IMG/VR virus record: IMGVR_UViG_3300030330_006886
Span: 7,026-71,025 of that record
Strand: one strand, 5' to 3'
From: a virus
Lineage: Duplodnaviria; Caudoviricetes
DNA: 64,000 bases
The notes beneath the pieces are model-generated. The model was given only the letters and a program-made list of their open reading frames with translations. It had not been told where the DNA came from and ran no database searches. Positions 47,755 through 55,644 of the stretch are shown piece by piece (position 1 is the stretch's first letter; every line of letters starts with the position of its first letter). A program made the translations under genes and the position numbers.

Positions 47755-48972
47755 ATGAGGAACAGGATAGCATATCAAAACGTAGGATTATTGGTTGGAC
47801 CGACTCCAGCATATTCACTTCATACTGGTTCTCACACTAGTACTCCGAATCACCAGTACGTCCCTAGCAAGCTTAAACAAATAAATCTAGTACAAAGTGC
47901 CTCTTTTAATTTTAACGTCGCTAGAACGGAAATACAGCAAATTGGCGGCCATTCTCTTACTACTAGAAAGGCTGTAGTTCAACCTGACGTATCTATAGGC
48001 TTCACTTATTTATTAAGTGATGGGAGAAATGAAGGCATGTTGGGCTTTTGCCCATCTGGAGAAAGTTCTGCATTCTTATCTGGCCAACAAAATACAAGCG
48101 GAGATAGAAATTTATTTTTAATAGTTAGCGAAAAACAAGAACAAGATTTTAATCTTGTAAATAATTTTTCTAATCAAAGTGTTTTTGGTTTTGGCAACTG
48201 TGTTCCAACAAACTATAGTATACAGGCTTCTGTTGGCTCGATTCCTACTGCATCCGTAGAATATTTAGCATCTAATGTTAAGTTTGATACAACAAGCGGC
48301 ACAATGAGTTTTCAAGATGCGCACGGTACAGTTTGCACTATTGGTTCTGGTCTAATTCCAGCAGTGAACCCAGCTGATGGTCAACCTGCCACAAATCCCT
48401 ATGGATACGTATTAAGGACTGGCGACTTTGCTCAATCCCCAGGAACAAACTTTCATACAATGGGCCATCAAAATAGCGGAGATATACATTATTTAAGACC
48501 TGGTGATGTCCAAATGGCTTTTAAAGAAACGACAGTTGGCGGTATCAACCTATCTGGATCAAATAAAATGCACATTACGGACGTTAGTATAGACGTTCCA
48601 ATAAATAGAACTGAATTATTTGGATTTGGGTCTAGGTATGCATACGATAGAAGGGCAAAATTTCCATCTTTAGGGAACATAAGTTTTACAGCCACAGCTA
48701 ATAATATAGAAGATGGTAACGTAAACGATATATTTTCCGAAGATAATGATTATGATTTTACTTTGACTTTTATGGATCCCACGAGTGATTTGGGAAGTGA
48801 TCGTAAACCCTCCAACAAAGCTATTGAAATAGAAATAACCAAAGCTAGACTACAAAATCAAAATTTTGGACAGTCAATAGGCAGCAATATGGAAGTTAGT
48901 GCCACCTTTACATTTGAATGTAATCCAATTACTGGATTTAAGTTTAGTGGAATTGCTAAAGGCGATATTTAA
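47755..48972 (+). CDS. Tail tube paralogue
   Basis: MRNRIAYQ, VQSASFNFNVARTEIQQIG, IGFTYLLSDGRNE, FGFGNCVPTNYSIQASVG and LRPGDVQ are collinear with 46452-47687. Confidence 0.7.
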   Translation: MRNRIAYQNVGLLVGPTPAYSLHTGSHTSTPNHQYVPSKLKQINLVQSASFNFNVARTEIQQIGGHSLTTRKAVVQPDVSIGFTYLLSDGRNEGMLGFCPSGESSAFLSGQQNTSGDRNLFLIVSEKQEQDFNLVNNFSNQSVFGFGNCVPTNYSIQASVGSIPTASVEYLASNVKFDTTSGTMSFQDAHGTVCTIGSGLIPAVNPADGQPATNPYGYVLRTGDFAQSPGTNFHTMGHQNSGDIHYLRPGDVQMAFKETTVGGINLSGSNKMHITDVSIDVPINRTELFGFGSRYAYDRRAKFPSLGNISFTATANNIEDGNVNDIFSEDNDYDFTLTFMDPTSDLGSDRKPSNKAIEIEITKARLQNQNFGQSIGSNMEVSATFTFECNPITGFKFSGIAKGDI

Positions 48973-49475
48973 ACTATATTCTCGCGATTACCTGTTACTG
49001 GAGCTACTCGAACATCAGTTCCTGCAACTTGCCTTGGTTGAGCTTGATAGTAATTATAAGCATAAACTTGTTTTTCTAACTCTTCCTCTGCGTCTTTTGC
49101 TAATCCGCGATATGTTTTAGCAATTTCGTTTTTGTTTGTACGAGTAATCATCGAGTCACCTTCGCGCAAAGAAATAAAATCTACGCTGCTATCAATGCCT
49201 TTTAATACATTTCTAGCCTTTTTACGATAAAAGTGTTTTAAATATAATTGTTTGAATATTCCACTTTCTTCGTAGCCAAATTTATTTTCTGGGACAATTT
49301 TAATATTATCCGTAACACCAATACCAGAACCGCTAAATGAAGTAAATATTAAAGTATTTAGCTCACCAATATTATTTTCAAACCACCCTGAAATTTGGCT
49401 CAGAGTGGCCATGTCTGTATCACTGTCAAATTCATTGACAAAAACACTATTAGCTAATACTTTAAATTCGTTCAT
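48969..49475 (-). CDS. Putative head-tail adaptor
   Basis: 168 aa; helical N-terminus, ISLREGDSMITRTN hairpin, C-terminal helix; second gene after the capsid gene. Confidence 0.5.
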   Translation of the reverse strand: MNEFKVLANSVFVNEFDSDTDMATLSQISGWFENNIGELNTLIFTSFSGSGIGVTDNIKIVPENKFGYEESGIFKQLYLKHFYRKKARNVLKGIDSSVDFISLREGDSMITRTNKNEIAKTYRGLAKDAEEELEKQVYAYNYYQAQPRQVAGTDVRVAPVTGNRENIV

Positions 49476-49894
49476 TAGAAACCTTCAGACATTAGTTTTT
49501 TTACTTTATCGAACTGTGGGTCGTTTGGGTCAATAATTGGCTTTTGCTCGCCAGTAGCATATCTGCGACCTTTTGTTTGGCTGACAAATTCTTTTACTAG
49601 CTTTTGCTTAAGAGCTGACCTGTTACCAGATGGAAATACTCCAGCTTCTACTGCTAAAGCTTGCATATCTGTTAAAGTCATATTTGACAAATCATCCTTA
49701 AAAACTTCTAAATCATTAGTTTTAAATACTGTTGTTTGATCCACGCCTAAAAGCTCCTCAAGCTCTCTGACTTTATCAACTTCTAGTTTTCCGTCCATTA
49801 AATTAAGTTGTTCCAACTCAGACTGTTTTTTAGCAACCGTCTTTTTTCTAGGCTTCTTAGCAGAAGCTTTTCTTTTTGAAGTAGTCTTTTTCAT
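49475..49894 (-). CDS. Basic protein with HeH/SAP/Rho-N-like helix-extension-helix
   Basis: Lys/Arg-rich N-tail; LSNMTLTDMQALAVEAGVFPSGNRSALKQKL. Confidence 0.5.
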   Translation of the reverse strand: MKKTTSKRKASAKKPRKKTVAKKQSELEQLNLMDGKLEVDKVRELEELLGVDQTTVFKTNDLEVFKDDLSNMTLTDMQALAVEAGVFPSGNRSALKQKLVKEFVSQTKGRRYATGEQKPIIDPNDPQFDKVKKLMSEGF

Positions 49895-49934
49895 ATTTTA
49901 TAATATTTCCTTATACCTTTGAATTCTATTCTTA

Positions 49935-49940
49935 TTACAC
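49935..49940 (-). promoter_or_regulatory. GTGTAA motif
   Basis: AGTGTAATAAG, downstream of the capsid terminator, 40 nt upstream of ATG 49894. Confidence 0.65.
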
Positions 49941-49961
49941 TTTTTAAGTTAAAAATAGAAA

Positions 49962-49992
49962 TAAAAAACCCGCCCCCAAATGGAGCGGGTTA
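49962..49992 (-). terminator. Rho-independent terminator after the major capsid gene
   Basis: Minus strand AACCCGCTCC-ATTTG-GGGGCGGGTT followed by TTTTAT, about 20 nt after the stop. Confidence 0.85.
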
Positions 49993-50012
49993 AGAGTTTG
50001 TGTCGATATGGA

Positions 50013-51167
50013 TTACAGATCGATTGCAACACCAACAATAGCTCTGTCGTCGAGGACCACGCGACCCTCTTCAATAGAACCATAGTAGCCAATCTTCTGC
50101 TGACGCACACTGTACTGATCATCAGCAACTAAGCTGAACTCAGAACCAGTCTCACTGTCAACTGCGATTGCGCGAACAAAAGCATCGCGGCTACGATCAA
50201 TACCGATAACCAAGTCATCAGCATCACCATGATCGAAGGCGCTGTCGCCACCGTTCGGGTTATTATCCATCTGAGCAGAACCAGCCAAACCAGCGAAGAT
50301 CTTAGTGAACTTCTTGTTTGGACCGAGCTCGTGAATTTCCATTACGCTTACGCCGTAGAACTCAGGAATACCAGCGCTAGTATACATGCCAGCACGCACT
50401 GAATCTGGTGCAGCAAGACCCTGGGCAGTGCCAGAAGAAGCTGTACCATCTTGTTCGCGTGTATTAATTGGGTTATAGGCCATTTCACGAAGATCCTCAA
50501 CAGTCTCAGGAGAAACGATAAGATCCGTGATACCAGCGCTACCAGCCACAGGAGTTCCGCCAGCAAACGAAGGACGAATTCTCTTGGCTAAGGTTAACAA
50601 GGCGTTAAGATCATCCAACAAGAAGCGGCCAGCCTGGTTGCTAGCAAATGTATGCTTCTTAGTTGAACCATCAATAGTGGTAGAAGCGTTTGCTAATGCA
50701 CCCAATAACAAGTTACCAGAAGTTCTCTCCTGCTTCAGAAGAATTTCCTGGGCAGCACGAGTGAAACTTTTGCTAACTACGTCCATTCTCGAACGAGAAG
50801 CATATTTCTTATCAAAAGAAACTGCAGTGTCGAGCTTGTAAGTAGCCAACTTCACTTCGTTATGAGAAGGAGTAACTTGGTTGGTGGGAAGACCACCTGG
50901 AGCGTGCGAGCTGTAAACGTTAATGTAGTCTTCGTCAGCTACATCGTAATAAACATCCAAGGGGATGCTGGGGTTGTCATCAGCATTAAACTGAAGCGGG
51001 GTGAACAAGTTGCTCAAAGTAGGAGCGTTGTTAACCACTTCGTTAATCACTGGGCCGATAAACTCGGCCAAAGCAACCTGAGCTTCGTAAGCAACATCTC
51101 TGTTCTTAGAGGCCATTGCCTGAACTAACTCAAGCTGTTCATTTGTTCTTTTTAAGGTAATATTCAT
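50013..51167 (-). CDS. Major capsid protein
   Basis: 384 aa; follows portal, protease and decoration-like genes; AAAGGAAAT RBS; terminator downstream; visibly C-ending codons; QKIGYYGSIEEGRVVLDDRAIVGV C-terminus typical of the HK97 fold. Confidence 0.8.
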   Translation of the reverse strand: MNITLKRTNEQLELVQAMASKNRDVAYEAQVALAEFIGPVINEVVNNAPTLSNLFTPLQFNADDNPSIPLDVYYDVADEDYINVYSSHAPGGLPTNQVTPSHNEVKLATYKLDTAVSFDKKYASRSRMDVVSKSFTRAAQEILLKQERTSGNLLLGALANASTTIDGSTKKHTFASNQAGRFLLDDLNALLTLAKRIRPSFAGGTPVAGSAGITDLIVSPETVEDLREMAYNPINTREQDGTASSGTAQGLAAPDSVRAGMYTSAGIPEFYGVSVMEIHELGPNKKFTKIFAGLAGSAQMDNNPNGGDSAFDHGDADDLVIGIDRSRDAFVRAIAVDSETGSEFSLVADDQYSVRQQKIGYYGSIEEGRVVLDDRAIVGVAIDL

Positions 51168-51196
51168 TGTATTTATTTCCTTTCTATACTCTAAGA

Positions 51197-51913
51197 TTAG
51201 ACGTTAAGTTTTAAGACGCCATAGGCACCTGCGTGTACATCAGTAACAGGACCGACAGAAGTTCTTGTACCTGAACCAATCCAAGTACCAACAACGTGGT
51301 CAGTCGTATACTTCACAACAGTTCCGCCCTGGCCAACGTGAGCCAAACCAGTTACGGAAGTAGCTAAGCCGCCATACAAGCTAGAGAAAGCTACACCACT
51401 TACTTTACCAGCGGTTGCAGGAGAAATAACTGCTGCAGTGCCAGGTACACAAGATGGAGTACCATTGTTAGCGTTGTCAAAAGCGTCACTTGTCAAAGTG
51501 AAAATACCTTTCGTGGCGATAGGCACTGCCTGGCCAGAAAGTACAGCTTGAAGCTCGTCTCTCTTGACGGGATTGTAGAGAAGCTTCTCTTCGTTCTCGT
51601 CCTTTTCAAGGGTCTGCTTCAATGTAATACCAAGTACCTCACCAGCAAAAGCGCCTGCAGCTGCTGCAGTAACTTTTAACTGAACTTCAGGATACTGGTT
51701 CTTAACATGATCGTAAGAAGCAGAAAGCTCCGTGCGATCAACGTAAGTGATGGGGTCTTTACTAAAGTTTCCTCCACCACTCTTAATACTAACAAAAACT
51801 CCTGCACTTCCGTTCCCATTGGTAGTCGGCTTAGCGTCCGACGTATCATTGGCGAACAGATTAATGACGTCGTTTTCGTCGTATTGTCTGAATGGTAATA
51901 ATCTATATGCCAT
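51197..51913 (-). CDS. Putative capsid decoration/cement protein
   Basis: 238 aa Ala/Gly/Val-rich; VLGITLKQT...VLSGQAVPIATKGIF; lies between scaffold and capsid genes. Confidence 0.55.
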   Translation of the reverse strand: MAYRLLPFRQYDENDVINLFANDTSDAKPTTNGNGSAGVFVSIKSGGGNFSKDPITYVDRTELSASYDHVKNQYPEVQLKVTAAAAGAFAGEVLGITLKQTLEKDENEEKLLYNPVKRDELQAVLSGQAVPIATKGIFTLTSDAFDNANNGTPSCVPGTAAVISPATAGKVSGVAFSSLYGGLATSVTGLAHVGQGGTVVKYTTDHVVGTWIGSGTRTSVGPVTDVHAGAYGVLKLNV

Positions 51914-51921
51914 AATGCTTG

Positions 51922-53538
51922 TTAGTAGGTTATTTGAATGTTTTCTTTGCTAAACGCGGATTGGAACTTTGATTTCAGAGTTTCCGCCTCTCCAGAAGAA
52001 GCTTCGTTGGTATTAGCAATCTCAGGAGTTGTCTCTTGAGCTTCATCTAAAACCTCTTCTAAATTTACTTCTGCAGTGGCCTCTTCAGTAGAAGCTTTAG
52101 ATTCTTCCAAAGAAGAAACTTTCTTTTCTACCGCCTCAGCTACAGCTGCGTCAAATTTTTCTTGCTGAGCTTTGATATAATCTTTGCTCTTATGAGCGAA
52201 GATAACACCAAGCTTTTCCTGATACGAAGCAAAAGCTTCGTCAGACTCTTCTAGGTCTTTTACCTCAGATGCAACGATCTTAAGGTCGTCCTCGTTTAAT
52301 TCGTAACCCTGCTCGATTGTTTCCATACGAGCGTCGAATCTAGCAACTGCCTGCTGGCGGTTGATATCTTCTTCGAATTGACGAATTTTGTCTTCGGCCG
52401 CTTGGAGCTTCTCGCTAAGAGTCTCCACTGACGCGGTGAGTTCTTTTTGCTGAGCCTCGACTTGAGCTTTTTCTTCTTGTGCCTTCGAGAGTTCATTTTT
52501 GTACTCTTCATTCTTTTCGCGAATCGCTTGATTCACAATAGAAGAAATGGAAGCCACAGACTCTTCTGCGAAATTGTCCGAAGACACTTTTTCAGAAGAA
52601 AGCTTTTCATCTAGCACAGATTTAATCTCTTGGATTAGTTGTTCTGTATTCATAATGCTTGAATTACTTTCTTGTTGATTTTTTACAGTGTTTTTTTCAC
52701 TTTGTGAAATTTTATTTTTAAAATTTAAAATATTTTTTAATATTTTGTCAGCTTTTTCTGGAGCAATAATTGACGCGTCATCTTCATCGTTAAAGGAAAC
52801 ACTATCTTTCTCTGTTAGAACAACGCCTTCTACATCGGCTGCTGGATTAGCAGTAAACCCTATTCCTAAAGGATAGACATTACCAACTACAAGTCTTCGC
52901 ACTAATGTGCCATCTTTCATAGCACCGTTGCCTTCTGCAGCTTTTAGATACTGACTTAGTTCTTTGATTTGCTTTTCATCAGTGACTATTTCTGCTTCAG
53001 ATAAATCTTCGCTACCCAGAGCAATTTGATAGTCATTGAATCCTATCTCCCAACTTGCAGAAACTTGATTGTGCAATGGGCTTTCTGGATCAACTGACTG
53101 ATTAATTAATTCTGCAAACTTTTTATCAACCATTCTGTAAACTACTGCACCTAATGCAATGTTAAAAGGATCTTTTGTTTCTCTTAATTCTTCGTCAGAA
53201 ACTAATTCGTTATCTCCATAACTAGAAAAAGCGGAAGAAACAATGTGGCCTACAATTCTTTGTTTTTTATGTTCTATGTTGGTAGGCTTGTGAACAAAAT
53301 AGTCTTTAACCGCTAAAGCTGTCTCAGTGCCAATGCCATCATGATTTCTGTTAAATTTATTAACAACAGCAGCGTTAAAAGCAACGCCAACTAAATCAAT
53401 ATTTTTATCCAAGTCAATTGACTCGGGCATTAATGTTTTTAGACTGTCTAGTGATGCTTGAGAAATCTGCAGGCTGTCTTGATCAATATCTGCTGATGCA
53501 ATAATTGGCTGCAGGAATGTTGTTGTGTGTTTATACAT
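51922..53538 (-). CDS. Prohead protease fused to coiled-coil scaffold
   Basis: N-domain with KPTNIEH...IVGH, VSASWE and GIGFTANPAAD; acidic heptad C-terminal half. Confidence 0.75.
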   Translation of the reverse strand: MYKHTTTFLQPIIASADIDQDSLQISQASLDSLKTLMPESIDLDKNIDLVGVAFNAAVVNKFNRNHDGIGTETALAVKDYFVHKPTNIEHKKQRIVGHIVSSAFSSYGDNELVSDEELRETKDPFNIALGAVVYRMVDKKFAELINQSVDPESPLHNQVSASWEIGFNDYQIALGSEDLSEAEIVTDEKQIKELSQYLKAAEGNGAMKDGTLVRRLVVGNVYPLGIGFTANPAADVEGVVLTEKDSVSFNDEDDASIIAPEKADKILKNILNFKNKISQSEKNTVKNQQESNSSIMNTEQLIQEIKSVLDEKLSSEKVSSDNFAEESVASISSIVNQAIREKNEEYKNELSKAQEEKAQVEAQQKELTASVETLSEKLQAAEDKIRQFEEDINRQQAVARFDARMETIEQGYELNEDDLKIVASEVKDLEESDEAFASYQEKLGVIFAHKSKDYIKAQQEKFDAAVAEAVEKKVSSLEESKASTEEATAEVNLEEVLDEAQETTPEIANTNEASSGEAETLKSKFQSAFSKENIQITY

Positions 53539-53568
53539 GTACGTAAACTGTTGGTACCTATTAACCTG

Positions 53569-53574
53569 TTACAC
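53569..53574 (-). promoter_or_regulatory. GTGTAA motif
   Basis: TGTGTAACAGG, 30 nt upstream of the protease ATG 53538. Confidence 0.6.
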
Positions 53575-53579
53575 AGTTT

Positions 53580-55586
53580 TTATTCGTTTGAGAAATTTTT
53601 CGAATGATAAATCAATGCTGCGCTGTAATCAGTTAAGTGATGTTCTTCTGCAGTTTTTTCAATTTCTTCCATCGTCGATAGTCCGAGTATAGAGTTTGAG
53701 TCTTCAAAACATTTGCTGATTTGATTTTCCCAATCTTCCATGTCACTAGCCATAATCACTTTTTTACATAAATCATTGACTGTTTCATTTTGTGTTTTTG
53801 ACAATCTTTTGATCTTATAATGTTTTCTTGCCTGCTTCTTACCAAAAGTTTCTAATTTTTCACTTGCATGAATAACATTTGTGATGTTTTTAGCAGATAT
53901 TTCTGAACGTGCAATTTCTTGTGGAATACCTGTAGTGCCACTTGGTCGACCAGGAGTTCCTGGTACGGTTTGCTCAGTTTTCTCTGGCTCACCTAAGTCA
54001 TCATCTAGATCCATCATGGGTGCGCCACCAACCAATGGATTGTAATATCCTTGTTTACGCTGCTCGATGAATTTTTCTTGACTTTTGTCAACTTCCTCTG
54101 AATTTGGAAATACTCCCTTATTTATAACATCCATACCTTGTTGCGGAGTCATTAAGCCAAGCTCCATAAGTCGCGTGGCAACACGTTGCAATTGAGTCTC
54201 ATCTTTGGTGTCAACTTCTTTAAATCTTACAATTGGATAATTTCTAAAACCCATGTTTTTGCATACCTGTTTGATTTCAGGTTGTAGGAAATCATTGATA
54301 AAAGCTTCTCGAGCTTCTTTTAATCTTTCTAAAAAGATTTCTGCTTTTACTGCAGTGTTACTATATTTTTCGCTGCCAACAACTATATTTTGTAAACCCT
54401 CCTTGATATCTTCGTTAACAATTCTGTATTTTTCATATCCCAATACTTTGTTCATATCAGGAATTAAAAATTCAGCTTTAGTGGTATAATCAGATATTAA
54501 AACTCGGCCAACGCTTTCATTTCTAAACAGTTCTTGCATTGCCGCAAGGTTGTTATGATTAATGCCTCCCTTGTTAGGCTCATTGCCCATTGTAATTAAC
54601 AAAATGACGTTTTCAATAGTTCTGACAATGGCTTGGTCAATCTTCTTGAACTCAAGTTTCATGTTAATGTCTTTTAAAACTGAAAAGCCAAATGGTACAG
54701 AAAAAGGCTCATAATCTTGCTTTTTGTAAAAAGAATATCTTAGCCTTTCTGGCTCTAGCTCAAGTTTAGCTCCGTCAAGAAAATATCCATTTTTACTAAA
54801 GTTGTCTTTCATTTCTTGCGGCAAAGATTCGTAGACCTCGCGATCATAATCATTTTTTGGATTTTTTAGTCTTTCAATTTCATACTCACTTAAAACTTTT
54901 GCATAAACTCCTGTGGTTTCAAACCCAGTAGTTCTTCTTGCTACTACATCAAAAGGATTAAGCATAATATATCGCACTGGCAACTTATTTAAAGATACTC
55001 CATTTGATCCATAAGTTTTTAGCATCTTAACATAATCTTCAGTATTGAATTTACCGTCGATCTTATAAAAGAAAATATTACCAGATCTATAATATTCGCG
55101 GAAATATTGATCTTTTAATTTCCAGATCTTAATTTTTCTAAACCAAGCTTCAATAAAATCCCTCGACCTTTTACTGCCAGAATCTAAGAAAAGATCTGCA
55201 TTAGAAAATTCTGCCATGATATCAATAGCATTTCTAAAAATAGCTACATTTGCATATGCTTTTTGGCAAAGCTCGATAGCCTCTCTGACATTGATACCGC
55301 TAACAGCGTAATCGTATGGCAATAGTCCATCACGAATATTTGTGTATTGATCTCTCTGAGGCACCCTATGAATTCTATTTGAACGAGTTCTAACCTCTGG
55401 ATTACCTCCCCCTCTAACATAAGAAGCTTTTGCGGTTGAACCAATATACGGTTCTCCTTCAATACTAGGAGAATACGTACTGTTTTGCAACAAAGGATTA
55501 TTAGCTAAAGTTTCTTCAATAGAGCTAGCTTTGCCAAATTTATTCCAATATTCCGATTTCTTTGTATATTTTCTTTTAGAGGCCAT
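53580..55586 (-). CDS. Portal protein
   Basis: 668 aa directly after terminase; YANVAIFRNAIDIMAEF, EYYRSGNIF, YEPFSVPFG, LISDYTTKAEF. Confidence 0.8.
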   Translation of the reverse strand: MASKRKYTKKSEYWNKFGKASSIEETLANNPLLQNSTYSPSIEGEPYIGSTAKASYVRGGGNPEVRTRSNRIHRVPQRDQYTNIRDGLLPYDYAVSGINVREAIELCQKAYANVAIFRNAIDIMAEFSNADLFLDSGSKRSRDFIEAWFRKIKIWKLKDQYFREYYRSGNIFFYKIDGKFNTEDYVKMLKTYGSNGVSLNKLPVRYIMLNPFDVVARRTTGFETTGVYAKVLSEYEIERLKNPKNDYDREVYESLPQEMKDNFSKNGYFLDGAKLELEPERLRYSFYKKQDYEPFSVPFGFSVLKDINMKLEFKKIDQAIVRTIENVILLITMGNEPNKGGINHNNLAAMQELFRNESVGRVLISDYTTKAEFLIPDMNKVLGYEKYRIVNEDIKEGLQNIVVGSEKYSNTAVKAEIFLERLKEAREAFINDFLQPEIKQVCKNMGFRNYPIVRFKEVDTKDETQLQRVATRLMELGLMTPQQGMDVINKGVFPNSEEVDKSQEKFIEQRKQGYYNPLVGGAPMMDLDDDLGEPEKTEQTVPGTPGRPSGTTGIPQEIARSEISAKNITNVIHASEKLETFGKKQARKHYKIKRLSKTQNETVNDLCKKVIMASDMEDWENQISKCFEDSNSILGLSTMEEIEKTAEEHHLTDYSAALIYHSKNFSNE

Positions 55587-55595
55587 TTGTTTTAG

Positions 55596-55601
55596 TTACA
55601 C
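55596..55601 (-). promoter_or_regulatory. GTGTAA motif
   Basis: CGTGTAACTAAAAC, 9 nt upstream of the portal ATG 55586. Confidence 0.6.
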
Positions 55602-55615
55602 GAAAGTTATGAATG

Positions 55616-55633
55616 TTAACTTTTAAAAGTTAA
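55616..55633. repeat. Perfect 18 bp palindrome TTAACTTTTAAAAGTTAA
   Basis: Read directly in the terminase-portal intergenic gap; flanked by further AAAGTTA copies. Confidence 0.8.
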
Positions 55634-55644
55634 AAAAGTTACTT

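Noticed and set aside
44333-48972. Actively invertible host-range switch
   Set aside because: No inverted repeats at the ends, no recombinase gene, and the right junction has no spacer.
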